Shown here: positions 40,728-50,872 of the stretch, piece after piece
How positions within the stretch are numbered: the stretch's first letter is position 1
Layout of the letters: every line of letters begins with the position of its first letter
Origin: a virus
Taxonomy: Duplodnaviria; Caudoviricetes
IMG/VR virus record: IMGVR_UViG_3300028591_000175
Location: 13,232-77,231 of that record
DNA length: 64,000 nucleotides
Direction: 5' to 3' (one strand)
The notes under the pieces: generated by a model
The model's input: only the letters and a program-made list of their open reading frames with translations
Told to the model about the DNA's origin: nothing
The model's database searches: none
Translations under genes and position numbers: made by a program

Positions 40728-41089
40728 GTTGCTCTGAGCAAAGCAACGTTAAAAAATGCAGTGATTGCAAGGGTTTGAGCGATTGCGTTGATTTGCTTTT
40801 TGAAATCTCGGTTAGGCATATATTTTTACACATTGCTGACTTTATCTATCTACTAAAAAATATATACTAATAATAGATTTATCAACAGCAGAGCAACATC
40901 ACAGTATATCATTGTTGGTAGAGTAGGGATAGACCCCGTTGCTCTGCGATTGCTCTGCTTTTATGCAAGACCATATCATTCAACTGAACAGAAAACCGGG
41001 ATAAATTGCGGCTTAAATAAAAAACGGCTCGTTGATTTGCTTTTTTATAAACAATTTTTAGCAGAGCAACACCTAGAAAACAGAGCAAC
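40728..41089. repeat. Iteron-like CAGAGCAAC repeats in a non-coding region
   Basis: Copies at 40728(-), 40889, 40938(-), 41062 and 41081; variants at 40739 and 40949(-). Confidence 0.7.
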
Positions 41090-41305
41090 GCAGACCTCAA
41101 AAAATTCATTCTCAACACCAAGAAACCTGTTGTCCAAAGTGAACACCCGTGGGGTAAAATTGAAGTATGCTGGGGTAAATTTAATGCACACAAAAAATTA
41201 AAATTTTCTGTCGAACCGTGTCGAAAGTGAACAGAATTCACGGATATAAAAAAATTACCGGGGAGTGTGAATATCTCCCCTGGCATTCCGTCCGGTTGTT
41301 CACTT

Positions 41306-41761
41306 TTAGCTGATCATCTTCCCTGATGAATTAAATTCAAAGCTCGTTAAAAATTCACTATTATAGTTTTCTTCGTCCCAAGTTTCAATTTCTACTTCTG
41401 TAGTATGCTCGTAATCGTCAATTTCGATAGTCCATAGTAAGTTTTTGTCTGTTTGAAGATATGCAAGCAACTCATCAAACCCTAATTTAGCTTTTTCATT
41501 TAGTAATTCATAATAATTCATAGAATTCATCTCCTTTCTGAATAAAATAAGTGAACAGGATTAAAGTCCTGCGATATAATTATTATAATTATCGTAACCC
41601 GCTTCTAACATTTCTTGATATTCGTTATCAATAAACTCATATACACTTACAGGCTCTTGTCCTGCTCTTAAATCTTCGTCTTCGTCAAACCAATCTTGAA
41701 TATATTGGTCATAACATTTAATTATTTGCATAAGCTCTTTCTTTGAATATTTGTTTAACAT
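41306..41761 (-). CDS. Two small acidic early proteins (41306-41530, 41561-41761)
   Basis: RBS AAAGGAG before each. Confidence 0.55.
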
Positions 41762-41927
41762 CTAAATCATCTCCTTTTTTTATTTTATATCATTCCTGGC
41801 ATTCCCTTCACTGTAAAAAGTGAACAACGCCGGGGTAATTTTAATACACGCCGGGGTAAAATACTCACACACGCGACACACATATAAGAACATTTGTTCT
41901 GAGCATAGGCTCAAAAGAGAGGAAGCT

Positions 41928-42803
41928 CTAGGCTTCCACGTCTTTTTTAGTAACAAACAGTCTATAATTTTTATGTCCTTTGTAGCCCATAATCACACCT
42001 TGATTGCTTACTGCTAACCATTCACTCGCTCTTAATGGCTCGATATATAATTGCTTTGCGTCGTGAATACTGCAACCTAATACATTGGCTACTGCACTTG
42101 TAGATAATCTTCCTCGCTCTGCTACTCTTTGCATTATTAGAAATTCTTTATCGCTTAAACCAGTTGCACCGTTAATAGCAAACCTTGAGTCTAGAAGACT
42201 GTTCACTTCTGCTTCCCCTGCTGTTTTTAATTTTTCGGATTTAATTGCTGACTTCATAGACTTGGCAAGAGATAATGCTGTACGAGGTACACCCTTAGCT
42301 GCTCTTACAATACTTGGTAATGCTTCTTCGTCTAGGTCTGGATTAACATTGTGTACGATTTGTTTTAGTTCGTCCTCAGTATAATTTTGAAGTTCTACAA
42401 ACTTACAACGATTAACAAATGCTTCTGGTAAAGGGCTTAATATATTTGTTGCGAATACAAACCTTGCCTTTGGTAATTCTAAGTCCATACATAAATCTGT
42501 ATCGTAAAATGTACCCTTATCAATTATTTTGTAAAGTCCTTCAAGTACCTTTGGTTGAAGACTGTGTATTTCGTCGAAGAATAATATGTCCCCGTCTTCA
42601 GCTTCTTTGATTGGCTTCAACATACTGTTCAATCTGTCCCCTCTCATTTGAGTCGTATCAACTGTCTTTGCTCCTAAACTTTCAGCAAACATTGTCTTAC
42701 CATATCCTGATGTACCATAGATTAGAAGCGGTTGTGTTTCATATTTGTACCAGTCTGTTATTGCTCTCTTGGCTCTGTCTTGTCCTACTATCTTTTCAAA
42801 CAT
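41928..42803 (-). CDS. RuvB-like AAA+ ATPase
   Basis: IVGQ, GTSGYGKT, GDILFFDEIHSL, ATN, KGVPR and a winged-helix tail with IEP. Confidence 0.8.
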   Translation of the reverse strand: MFEKIVGQDRAKRAITDWYKYETQPLLIYGTSGYGKTMFAESLGAKTVDTTQMRGDRLNSMLKPIKEAEDGDILFFDEIHSLQPKVLEGLYKIIDKGTFYDTDLCMDLELPKARFVFATNILSPLPEAFVNRCKFVELQNYTEDELKQIVHNVNPDLDEEALPSIVRAAKGVPRTALSLAKSMKSAIKSEKLKTAGEAEVNSLLDSRFAINGATGLSDKEFLIMQRVAERGRLSTSAVANVLGCSIHDAKQLYIEPLRASEWLAVSNQGVIMGYKGHKNYRLFVTKKDVEA

Positions 42804-42827
42804 ACCAATTCCTCCTTTCTTCCATAT

Positions 42828-42856
42828 ATTATATCATAATTATTGTAGTATGTCAA
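42828..42856 (-). promoter_or_regulatory. Promoter TTGACA-N17-TATAAT
   Basis: Perfect consensus upstream of the ruvB-like gene. Confidence 0.75.
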
Positions 42857-42921
42857 TACTGTATCATTCATACCTGGCATTCCAGGTGATGTAATCCTGT
42901 TCACTTTAATCCTCTCCTTTC

Positions 42922-43443
42922 TTATCCTTCCCAGAGTCTCTTTGCCCACGCTGCTGGGTTTGGTTTTAGTTCATCTAAACTCCAGCGTGTCCATTCTTTT
43001 GTTTTTGAGTCATACTCTAATCGACCACAGTTTGCACCCCAGTCCTCATCTGCCCATTGTAAATCTAAATCATATCCTAGTTCAGCGAGCTTCATTGCTA
43101 CTGGTCCTGCAAATGACCAAGCTGTTTGAAAGTACATTATTATATATGTCTTACCTGTATGTGTGTATCCGTCGTATGCACCCCATTTTGTATTCCAGTA
43201 TTTGTTTCGCCAAGCATACCAGTCAAACCAAGGTCTATCTTTTACTTCTGCTACGTGGCTGTCCTTGTTCACTATACAATCTGCTGGACAATCTTTTTTG
43301 AGTCTAGGCTCTGGTATAATTAAATCGAAATCTATTATTCTATCTCCTTCTTCTGTAATCATTGTCAATTTATCTAATATATATTGAAGTTTATCTTGTG
43401 GTATGTGTGAAATCTTCCATTTATTCATTACGTGATTTGGCAT
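42922..43443 (-). CDS. YubB/DUF1281-like ferredoxin-fold protein
   Basis: MPNHV...WYAWRNKYWNTKW...FQTAWS...WADED. Confidence 0.7.
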   Translation of the reverse strand: MPNHVMNKWKISHIPQDKLQYILDKLTMITEEGDRIIDFDLIIPEPRLKKDCPADCIVNKDSHVAEVKDRPWFDWYAWRNKYWNTKWGAYDGYTHTGKTYIIMYFQTAWSFAGPVAMKLAELGYDLDLQWADEDWGANCGRLEYDSKTKEWTRWSLDELKPNPAAWAKRLWEG

Positions 43444-43444
43444 A

Positions 43445-44609
43445 TTATATTACCTCCTTTTTAGTTATTGATATAGTATCGTGTAATCTTGTAAAGTCTC
43501 CGTCTTCGTATGTCTCGAAAGAAGCGGTCCCTGCTTCCTCATCAATCTGTTCACTTTCGGATATTTGATCCTCACTGATCCACTCCCTGATGTCTGACCT
43601 GGCAACTCTGACCAGATTTTTATAACTGTTCAGTGCGTCCCCGAAGCTGGCGTATACTTCTGTGTGATGAGTAAATTCATAATCCCAACTACCTTCTTCC
43701 TGGATTACATATACGAATTCAGGATTAAGCTCGTGAAGCACATTGTGAACAACCTTCGCTAAATGATTTTCTTTTGTGGCTAGTGCCTTTTCTACATAAG
43801 TTAATCTTTCAATATCTTTTTTTGCTATTCTCATATCATTACCCCCCTTTATATTTCTGGTATTACTCTAACACCTATACAATTCCAGTCACTGGTTGTA
43901 TGGTTGTTTCTGTTTTTCTTGAAGTTATATATTCTGTCATAGTCATCTGATAACACATCTAGTGGCTCATTCTTTGGATGAGCTGTAATGTTCACTACTG
44001 TTGCAAGGAATGATTTGATTAAAACACTGCGTTGTTGTGTTGGCTTTGGTAGACTTTCAGTGTTGTCGAAGTTTAGAATAAAATAATTGTCTTCGTCTTG
44101 GATAACTATGTACCCTTGTAATAAATCATTCCATACTGCTTGGCTAAAACTGAATATCATTTTATGTACTACTTTTCTTTCCTCGTCTTCACATACTAGC
44201 TCGGCTAGTCCTCTCCAGCCTCTGTTCTTGTTGATTCTTATTCTTTTAATTTCTTTCATTTCTATCTCCTACCTTTCTATTATGCTAACCCATAGATTAT
44301 ATCTAATAAATCTACTGGTTGCTTACTTTCTTTCTTTTCTTCTTGTTTAACTTTTCTTTGGTCTCTTATTGGTTTCTTCATTGGCATTGCTAATTTTCTT
44401 AATTGCTCTTTAACTTCTTCGCTTACTTTTAATGTCCATTTCTCTTTAAGTGTTACTGCTCCGTCTGTTTCGTCAAACTTGTAGCCATCTGCTTCTAGTA
44501 TTCTTAATAGTCCTGGTGTTATTCTTCCTAAGTTAATTTCTGCCATTGTGTCTGTGTTTTGAAGGTACACATTTTCACTTGTACCTGTTTCTTTGTTTAC
44601 TCTATACAT
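43445..44609 (-). CDS. Three hypothetical early proteins (43445-43834, 43849-44259, 44280-44609)
   Basis: RBSs and tight packing. Confidence 0.55.
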
Positions 44610-44610
44610 A

Positions 44611-46101
44611 CTAATACCCCCTTCCTGTATAGATAATTTGAATATTTGGATTTATTTTTTGTACTGCCTTTAGCCATTCTTCTGAATGTCCTACTAAAAC
44701 TGTTCTCTTTAGTTGTTTGATCATATCAACTGACCAGCTTATTCTACCACCACCGTCTGTTACTCCTATTGGACTGTATCCTAACTGTTCAGCTTTGAAG
44801 CACATCTCGATTGTACGATCACCGTCGTCTGAATAACCACTGTCTGCTGATATTTTCATAAAGTCTGCAAATGTACCTTTGAAGTAGTCGTCGTCTCTAC
44901 CTTCTGGGTCGTGGCAACGTCTCATTACATTACGTGCTTCTTCATTATATGCGTAACCACTAAACCATACTGTTGGTGTCTTTAATGCTTGTGGAATTGC
45001 TTTGCCTATAATTTCTTTGAATGTGTCCATATCTCCACCCATACTACCACTTGCATCAAAGCATAAGTATAAACTTGCGTGTCCTTTCTTTGACCCTTTG
45101 AAGATAGTATGTTGTCCTGTCTGCATATAACTTGGTGTCTTGTAACTTCTTACTTTTGTATCTGTAACAAGTCCGTTAAGTGTCTTTGTTATTCTTGCTA
45201 GTCTTAATTTAACATTCTTTAATCTGTTGATTTCTTCTACCCACTTGTTACCTTCACTCTCTGTTATAAACTCTTTGCTGTCTATGTCGTCAAGTTTTGA
45301 CCAGTCTGTTTCGTCGTGATGTCCAGGTGCTTCAGGTTCTGGCTGTTCACTTTCAGGTTCTGTTGTAACTTCACTCGTATCTTTACCTGTCTTTTCTCTT
45401 GGGGTGCTGTCGTGTCCCCCTTCTGCGTGTGCTTTGTCTGTACTTGGTTTCTTCTTTTTGTCTTCTTTCTTCTCGTCTTTGTCTTCCTTTGGCTCGTCTT
45501 CTTTTTTATCTTTGTCTTTTCCTTTGCCTTTGCCCTTACCTTTTGATTTGCTGTCTTCTTCTTTTTCTTCTGTTTCTTCGCTGTCGTCTCCTTCTCCTTC
45601 GCCTTCCTTCTTGTCTTCGTCTTCTCCGTGTTTGTGTCTTGCGTATTCGTCTAGCATTTCCTCTAGGGTATAGTGTTTGAATGTGTATGATAATGAATTA
45701 CGATCCCTGAATTGGGCTAGGTTGTTCACTGCTGTATCTACTAGCTCTGGAAATTTCTTGCTCATCCAGTCGTGTACTAATATGTCCATTATAATATTGA
45801 CTTCGTCTTTTGTTACGTGGAATTCGTCCATTGTTTCTTCTTCGTTCAATTCTTCCAGGTATCTAAAAAATCTGTTGTGGTGTTTCAACTCTAGGTGCAT
45901 TCTTTCGTGCCACAATAACCACTTTAGCATATTGTCGTCATATGCTGGTAGTATCTTGAATAAATTGTCTTGGGTGTTTAGGAAGATACGGTCGCCGTCT
46001 GTATAGGCAACTGCTCTCCCTATGTCTGTTACATATGCTCTCTCTAGCATAATGGCTGTCTCTGTATCATAGTGTGTACTTGATAAGAATGGATTTACCA
46101 T
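44611..46101 (-). CDS. HEXXH metallopeptidase-like plus VWA domain protein (DUF2201-like)
   Basis: AYTDG, WHERMH, acidic linker, MIDAS DASGSMG and TDG. Confidence 0.8.
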   Translation of the reverse strand: MVNPFLSSTHYDTETAIMLERAYVTDIGRAVAYTDGDRIFLNTQDNLFKILPAYDDNMLKWLLWHERMHLELKHHNRFFRYLEELNEEETMDEFHVTKDEVNIIMDILVHDWMSKKFPELVDTAVNNLAQFRDRNSLSYTFKHYTLEEMLDEYARHKHGEDEDKKEGEGEGDDSEETEEKEEDSKSKGKGKGKGKDKDKKEDEPKEDKDEKKEDKKKKPSTDKAHAEGGHDSTPREKTGKDTSEVTTEPESEQPEPEAPGHHDETDWSKLDDIDSKEFITESEGNKWVEEINRLKNVKLRLARITKTLNGLVTDTKVRSYKTPSYMQTGQHTIFKGSKKGHASLYLCFDASGSMGGDMDTFKEIIGKAIPQALKTPTVWFSGYAYNEEARNVMRRCHDPEGRDDDYFKGTFADFMKISADSGYSDDGDRTIEMCFKAEQLGYSPIGVTDGGGRISWSVDMIKQLKRTVLVGHSEEWLKAVQKINPNIQIIYTGRGY

Positions 46102-46103
46102 AA

Positions 46104-47030
46104 TTATTTACCTCCTTTCACAATACTTGCAACTTCTTCCTCTGATAATATCTCTTTGAATTTCTCAATTAGTTCTTCTTCTGTTGATATTGTCTCTGGC
46201 CCCCACGCTACTATTCCGTCTTCTTGAAATCTCTCATAGGCTGTTCTTACATTCTTGATTAAGTCTGCTGGGTCAATGCTTTTCATTCCTTTCTGCATAT
46301 CAACTAACTTCTGTGTTAGTGCTGTGCCTAATTTAGCCCTTAATCTTAATGGATTTTTCTCAAACTGTAACATTTTAAGTACGTGGTCCATATTTCTTGG
46401 GTTGATTTTACTGTCTTGCATTGCTTTGATATACTTGGCAACTTGTGGAATGTTTTTCCATTTCTTCTTTAAGTAGTCCATTGCGTCTTTGTCACTGTTT
46501 ACTAATTGGAATACGTCAAACCTGTCTAGTAATGGTCCAGGAAGTTCGTTCAAGTAAACTGTACCGTCTGTACCGTCACTCAAGTTACCTGCTGCAACTA
46601 TTTGTGCAAACTCTAGTGAATGTCCACACCATTCTCTTTGTGCTGGGTCTATATGGCAAGGTCCATATAAACAGTTCATAACCTCTGTTGGAGCTTGGTT
46701 GATTTCGTCAAAGAATAGTATATAGTTTTTACCTTTGACCTTAAACATTGGAGCTAGTGCCTCATTTAATAATAGTGTGAAGTATTCTGTTTTCTTGTCA
46801 CTGCTAACTTGTGCATATGGTACACCACCAATAAACTCTGGTATCATTGTAGCAAGTGGAAAGACTAATAATGTTTTACCTTTATCTTCTGCAAACTTTC
46901 TAACTATTGAAGATTTACCTATACCTTTGTTACCAAAGACAAGTGTATTTTCTTCGTCTTCTAATAAAGCGTAGAAATCGCTTTGACGTATTTCTGGCAC
47001 GTCAATACCGTCAATTTTCATTGTACTCAT
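46104..47030 (-). CDS. MoxR-like AAA+ ATPase
   Basis: GNKGIGKS, LFFDEINQA, AAGN and PLLDRF. Confidence 0.85.
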   Translation of the reverse strand: MSTMKIDGIDVPEIRQSDFYALLEDEENTLVFGNKGIGKSSIVRKFAEDKGKTLLVFPLATMIPEFIGGVPYAQVSSDKKTEYFTLLLNEALAPMFKVKGKNYILFFDEINQAPTEVMNCLYGPCHIDPAQREWCGHSLEFAQIVAAGNLSDGTDGTVYLNELPGPLLDRFDVFQLVNSDKDAMDYLKKKWKNIPQVAKYIKAMQDSKINPRNMDHVLKMLQFEKNPLRLRAKLGTALTQKLVDMQKGMKSIDPADLIKNVRTAYERFQEDGIVAWGPETISTEEELIEKFKEILSEEEVASIVKGGK

Positions 47031-47103
47031 ATATGTACCTACCTTTCTACACGGTATCAGTTAGATTAAAGGCTACGCCTTGTCTGATAACCGTTCACTT
47101 TCT

Positions 47104-47132
47104 ATTATACTACTTTTCCAGTAGTATGTCAA
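47104..47132 (-). promoter_or_regulatory. Promoter TTGACA-N17-TATAAT
   Basis: Perfect consensus; an AAAGTGAAC box overlaps the predicted +1. Confidence 0.75.
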
Positions 47133-47212
47133 TAGTTTATCATTAGTTTTTTGTTATTGGGATATGATAGTATCTCGCCCTGGTTTCATACTATTTTTAA
47201 GGGCTTGCTTGA

Positions 47213-48183
47213 TTAGTTGCTTTCCATTTCCTTCTTGGTCATTGTTTTGAAGCCGTGTTGATATAGGAAGTCGTTGATATGTCTAGCTGTCGTTGGTGAA
47301 TAATAGCCGTTCACTTTTACTGTTGGGCGACCGTCTTCTGTTGCGATCCCGTCTGTAATTTCTGCAACTATTGTTGAATAGCTCATTAGTAAAATGTGTC
47401 CTTTGTCGTCGCGATATACATTAGCTTTTTTGTAGAATGATTTTCTGCTATCATATTGTGGTTGTAATTCGTAAAGGAATTCCATTTTTACTCCCTCCCC
47501 TCTCTTATTATTTTATTACATAATTGTACTACTTCGTATAGGTCTGTGTCTTGGTCTAGCTCTTGGCTGATTTTACAATGCTCTTTTATATACCCTGTTG
47601 TTAATTGATATATTCCACTGTCGTCTATGAAGGTGTATTTGCCTATTCCGTCAGTCCCTCCATATATACTGACTTTTCTCATTGTTAAGCCTTGCCAGGT
47701 TGTTGTTACCACTAAAGGCATACCCTTTTCAAGATTATTTAATAATTTAATGGCGTCCATTTTATACCCTCCTATTCTTGGGGTAGGGGTCTAGCCCCTC
47801 CCCTATTTTATATTTGCGTTTTTACTTGCTGCTTTTAGTTGTGTTTTATTTAAGTTTGTGAATTTGTCAGTTATTAGCTCTCTTTTGCTTGTTGTGTAAG
47901 CTGTTGCTTGTAACTTAATTGTATGATTTACTGTTGTTTCTTTTGTTGGTGGAAATTTCTTTGCGATTTCTTCAACTGCTTTCTTATATTCATTTGAATA
48001 TATTGTTTTAGTATAGTTTTGTCTTTTAATTATTAAGTCTTTGCCTTTGTTAATTTCTGCAATTTCTTCTTCTGTTAAGTTTCTAATTTCTTCCTTTGCA
48101 TTTTCAATAATTTCGTTATAATATTCTACCATTGCAACTGCCATTGCAATTTCTTCAATTCTTGATTTTTCCATATTTATCAA
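47213..48183 (-). CDS. Three hypothetical early proteins (47213-47485, 47488-47760, 47803-48183)
   Basis: RBSs; the first has the SRKSFYKKA...LMSYST...YSPTTARHI pattern common in phage early genes. Confidence 0.55.
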
Positions 48184-48263
48184 TTCCTTTCTATTTAATT
48201 TTATTTTAATTTTATGACGGCTTTCAGTAGGGTTTCAGCCGTTTTTACCTACTATTTGTCGAA

Positions 48264-48572
48264 TTAAAATAGATAGCTTTCGATTGTTTGCTTTTGTATT
48301 GCAATACTTTCTTGATTTAATGCAATTTTCAATTCTTTTGCTATTGTTTCGACTGTTTGTTTATCTGTAAATAGTAACTCAATTATTAAAGTGTTTTCTA
48401 TTACTACATTGCCGTTATTGTGTTTATAAATTCCTTTTGATTGTGTTACTGTTGCACCTTCAACATAATTAAGTAAAATATTATTTGTTAAGTTATAAGC
48501 TGATAAAGTATCAATTTTTTGTGTTTTTGTGTCTTTATCGTTTAGACCTACATATAAAATATACTTATCCAT
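48264..48572 (-). CDS. DUF3574-like protein
   Basis: LYVGLNDKDT...GIY.H.NG..VIENT...LNQESI. Confidence 0.6.
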   Translation of the reverse strand: MDKYILYVGLNDKDTKTQKIDTLSAYNLTNNILLNYVEGATVTQSKGIYKHNNGNVVIENTLIIELLFTDKQTVETIAKELKIALNQESIAIQKQTIESYLF

Positions 48573-48742
48573 AATACCACACTCCTCTCTATTTAATGAT
48601 TAGCCATTACCTGTTACATATACATTTCAGTAATGCAACTATACTTGTATATTCTTAATGTATATACATACATAACAAAAGTATTTTATGAAATGTATTT
48701 ACTATAAGTAAATACGTTTTTCTTTTTGCTTTTGTTAATTCT

Positions 48743-48771
48743 ATTATACTATTTTTTTGGTAGTTTGTCAA
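48743..48771 (-). promoter_or_regulatory. Early promoter TTGACA-N17-TATAAT
   Basis: Perfect consensus at the head of the leftward early block. Confidence 0.75.
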
Positions 48772-48979
48772 TATCATATCATTACTTTTTTGTAATCTAG
48801 GATCAAATCCTGAAAAAGGCTTGCTTAGTATATCTCCAGACCAAGCCAGGTTGTGTGGCGACCCACAAAACATATATCCAAATAAATCGGACAACAACCT
48901 TGTTGTCTATTTTATCACATTGTTCAACCTTAGTCAAGTGTGGTTTTCGAGCGGTTGCTCGAAAAAGTCAAGAAAGTTG

Positions 48980-49019
48980 TTGTACTCCACTTGCAAATTT
49001 TGTTCAGTTAAGATATAAT
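48980..49019 (+). promoter_or_regulatory. Late promoter 1: TTGTACTCCAC + TTGCAA-N17-TATAAT
   Basis: Shares its upstream box with the promoter at 54790. Confidence 0.6.
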
Positions 49020-49027
49020 GTGAACAA

Positions 49028-50806
49028 ATGAAGAAAGGAGATAAATTTTTTATGATTAAAATATCAAAAAACATAAAAGACGAATACAATGACGGTAAAT
49101 TACAAGATTTATTGTCAGAAGTCGATAAAGTCCTTTCAAAACGTGCGGAAATCAATGACCGTTATTTAAGAGGAGTAACCAGCACAGACATAGTTTCAGG
49201 CACAACAGTCCAAGTATTTTTCGAGAAATTTATCACCGACTTAGCCTCTGGTTATCTATCTGGAGAAATTACATACAACGCAGAAATCGTAGATGAAAGT
49301 GAAGAACCAGCATATCGTCTACTTCACCCATCAAACACTTCTCCATTAGACCCAGATACAGCAGCACAGTTGAAGTTTATTATCACAACTCTATCTTCAA
49401 AAAATGATGACCCAAAAGTTTTGAAGGCATTATTCCACGACGCAGTCCTTTACGGCTGTTGCTATGAAAGACAGTTAGACCTTCAACAAACTCAAGCCGA
49501 CGCTATTGCCGCAGACGACGCTCCAGACACAACAGACCCAAATTATACATATTACCCACTAAGCGCTCTAAATACCTGCGCCATCTTTCCAACAGACATA
49601 AGTGACATCAGCCAACAAAAGCCAATAGGTCTGATTACCAGATACCTATTAGATAAACGTAATAGCGAAGACAACCAAGAGCATACACTATACTATGTTA
49701 TTGAATGTAATCCATACACTGGTTTTTATGGTACGTCTATATATGATAAAACAACTAACGAAGACGCAACTTCTGAATATAAAAATGTTATCACTCTAAA
49801 AGAGGAAAAAGAGTCATCACACACCGTCCCAACATTCACAGCATACGAGCCAGACCCACAGGTCTCAATCATCGACCCTATCATCAGCCTAATTACGTCT
49901 TACGAGCAGATTATGAACAACTTAAATAATATGTATAACTACAACGATAAAGACGCTAAGTTGAAAATATCAGGCTATAGACCAGAAAACCCACTAACAA
50001 TACCTAATCCAGCGTTTGACCCTGAGAAGCCAATTTCTGCTTCAAATCCCGACAAAATTATCAACCCAGCTAGAGAAATTGAAGATACCCACCTTGAAAA
50101 CTCTAAAACATTCTTCGTACAAGAAGGTGGAGACGTAAGCTGGCTACTAAAAGAAATACACGCAGAAGACGCTACAAAATACCTTAAATATTATGTAGAT
50201 TCCATCTTCCAAATAAGCGGTATACCTAATACCAGCGACGCAGCCTTTAACTCAGGAGATATGAACGCAAGCGCAATAGATAGAAAATTCTATACTATGG
50301 CACTAATGTTAGACGACGTAAAACAGGGTGTAACTACAATGATTAAACACAGATGGGCTAACTTCTTCCAGAGAATAAATCTTATCTCGTCAAATAAATA
50401 TAATATTGACGACATAACTATCACAATAGGTACAAATCTACCAAGTATGACAGACGAGACTATAAATCAACAATTAGCATTAAACGGTATAATTTCTAAT
50501 AAGACATTATTATCAAATCTTGGATATGACTACGCTACAGAGAAGAAGAACAAAGAAGAAGAAAACGAGACATTATGGGAGACAGTTGCTCCAGATACAC
50601 AATTTGTGTCACCAAATGACGTTGACAATGCTCAAGACTTATCTTCTCGAGGCAATACTAATGCAAAAACTACAACTACAAGCACAACAGCAAATCAAAC
50701 AAATAATCAAATAGAAAATCGTACAAAGCCTACAACACCAACAGTTAAAGATAAAACCGATAACATTCCAGCTCTAAAATCAAGAGAAGGAAGACCAAAT
50801 AAATAG
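49028..50806 (+). CDS. Portal protein (SPP1 gp6-like)
   Basis: FEKFITDLASGYLSG, GGDVSWLLK and IFQISGIPN...SGxxNASAI; start may be 49052. Confidence 0.85.
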   Translation: MKKGDKFFMIKISKNIKDEYNDGKLQDLLSEVDKVLSKRAEINDRYLRGVTSTDIVSGTTVQVFFEKFITDLASGYLSGEITYNAEIVDESEEPAYRLLHPSNTSPLDPDTAAQLKFIITTLSSKNDDPKVLKALFHDAVLYGCCYERQLDLQQTQADAIAADDAPDTTDPNYTYYPLSALNTCAIFPTDISDISQQKPIGLITRYLLDKRNSEDNQEHTLYYVIECNPYTGFYGTSIYDKTTNEDATSEYKNVITLKEEKESSHTVPTFTAYEPDPQVSIIDPIISLITSYEQIMNNLNNMYNYNDKDAKLKISGYRPENPLTIPNPAFDPEKPISASNPDKIINPAREIEDTHLENSKTFFVQEGGDVSWLLKEIHAEDATKYLKYYVDSIFQISGIPNTSDAAFNSGDMNASAIDRKFYTMALMLDDVKQGVTTMIKHRWANFFQRINLISSNKYNIDDITITIGTNLPSMTDETINQQLALNGIISNKTLLSNLGYDYATEKKNKEEENETLWETVAPDTQFVSPNDVDNAQDLSSRGNTNAKTTTTSTTANQTNNQIENRTKPTTPTVKDKTDNIPALKSREGRPNK

Positions 50807-50872
50807 ACCGCTTCACACCAATCGCTCGCTCCCATAAATCTGTTTCACATATAAATAATAGGAGGATTAAAT

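Noticed and set aside
40909-41286. ORFs 40909-41286(-) and 40950-41201(+)
   Set aside because: No RBS, atypical composition, and they overlap the repeat region.
40728-41860. CRISPR array or mini-array
   Set aside because: Repeats are only 9-11 bp, irregularly spaced and in mixed orientation.
45316-46974. Several plus-strand ORFs opposite the VWA/MoxR genes
   Set aside because: Antisense artefacts of low-complexity acidic coding sequence.
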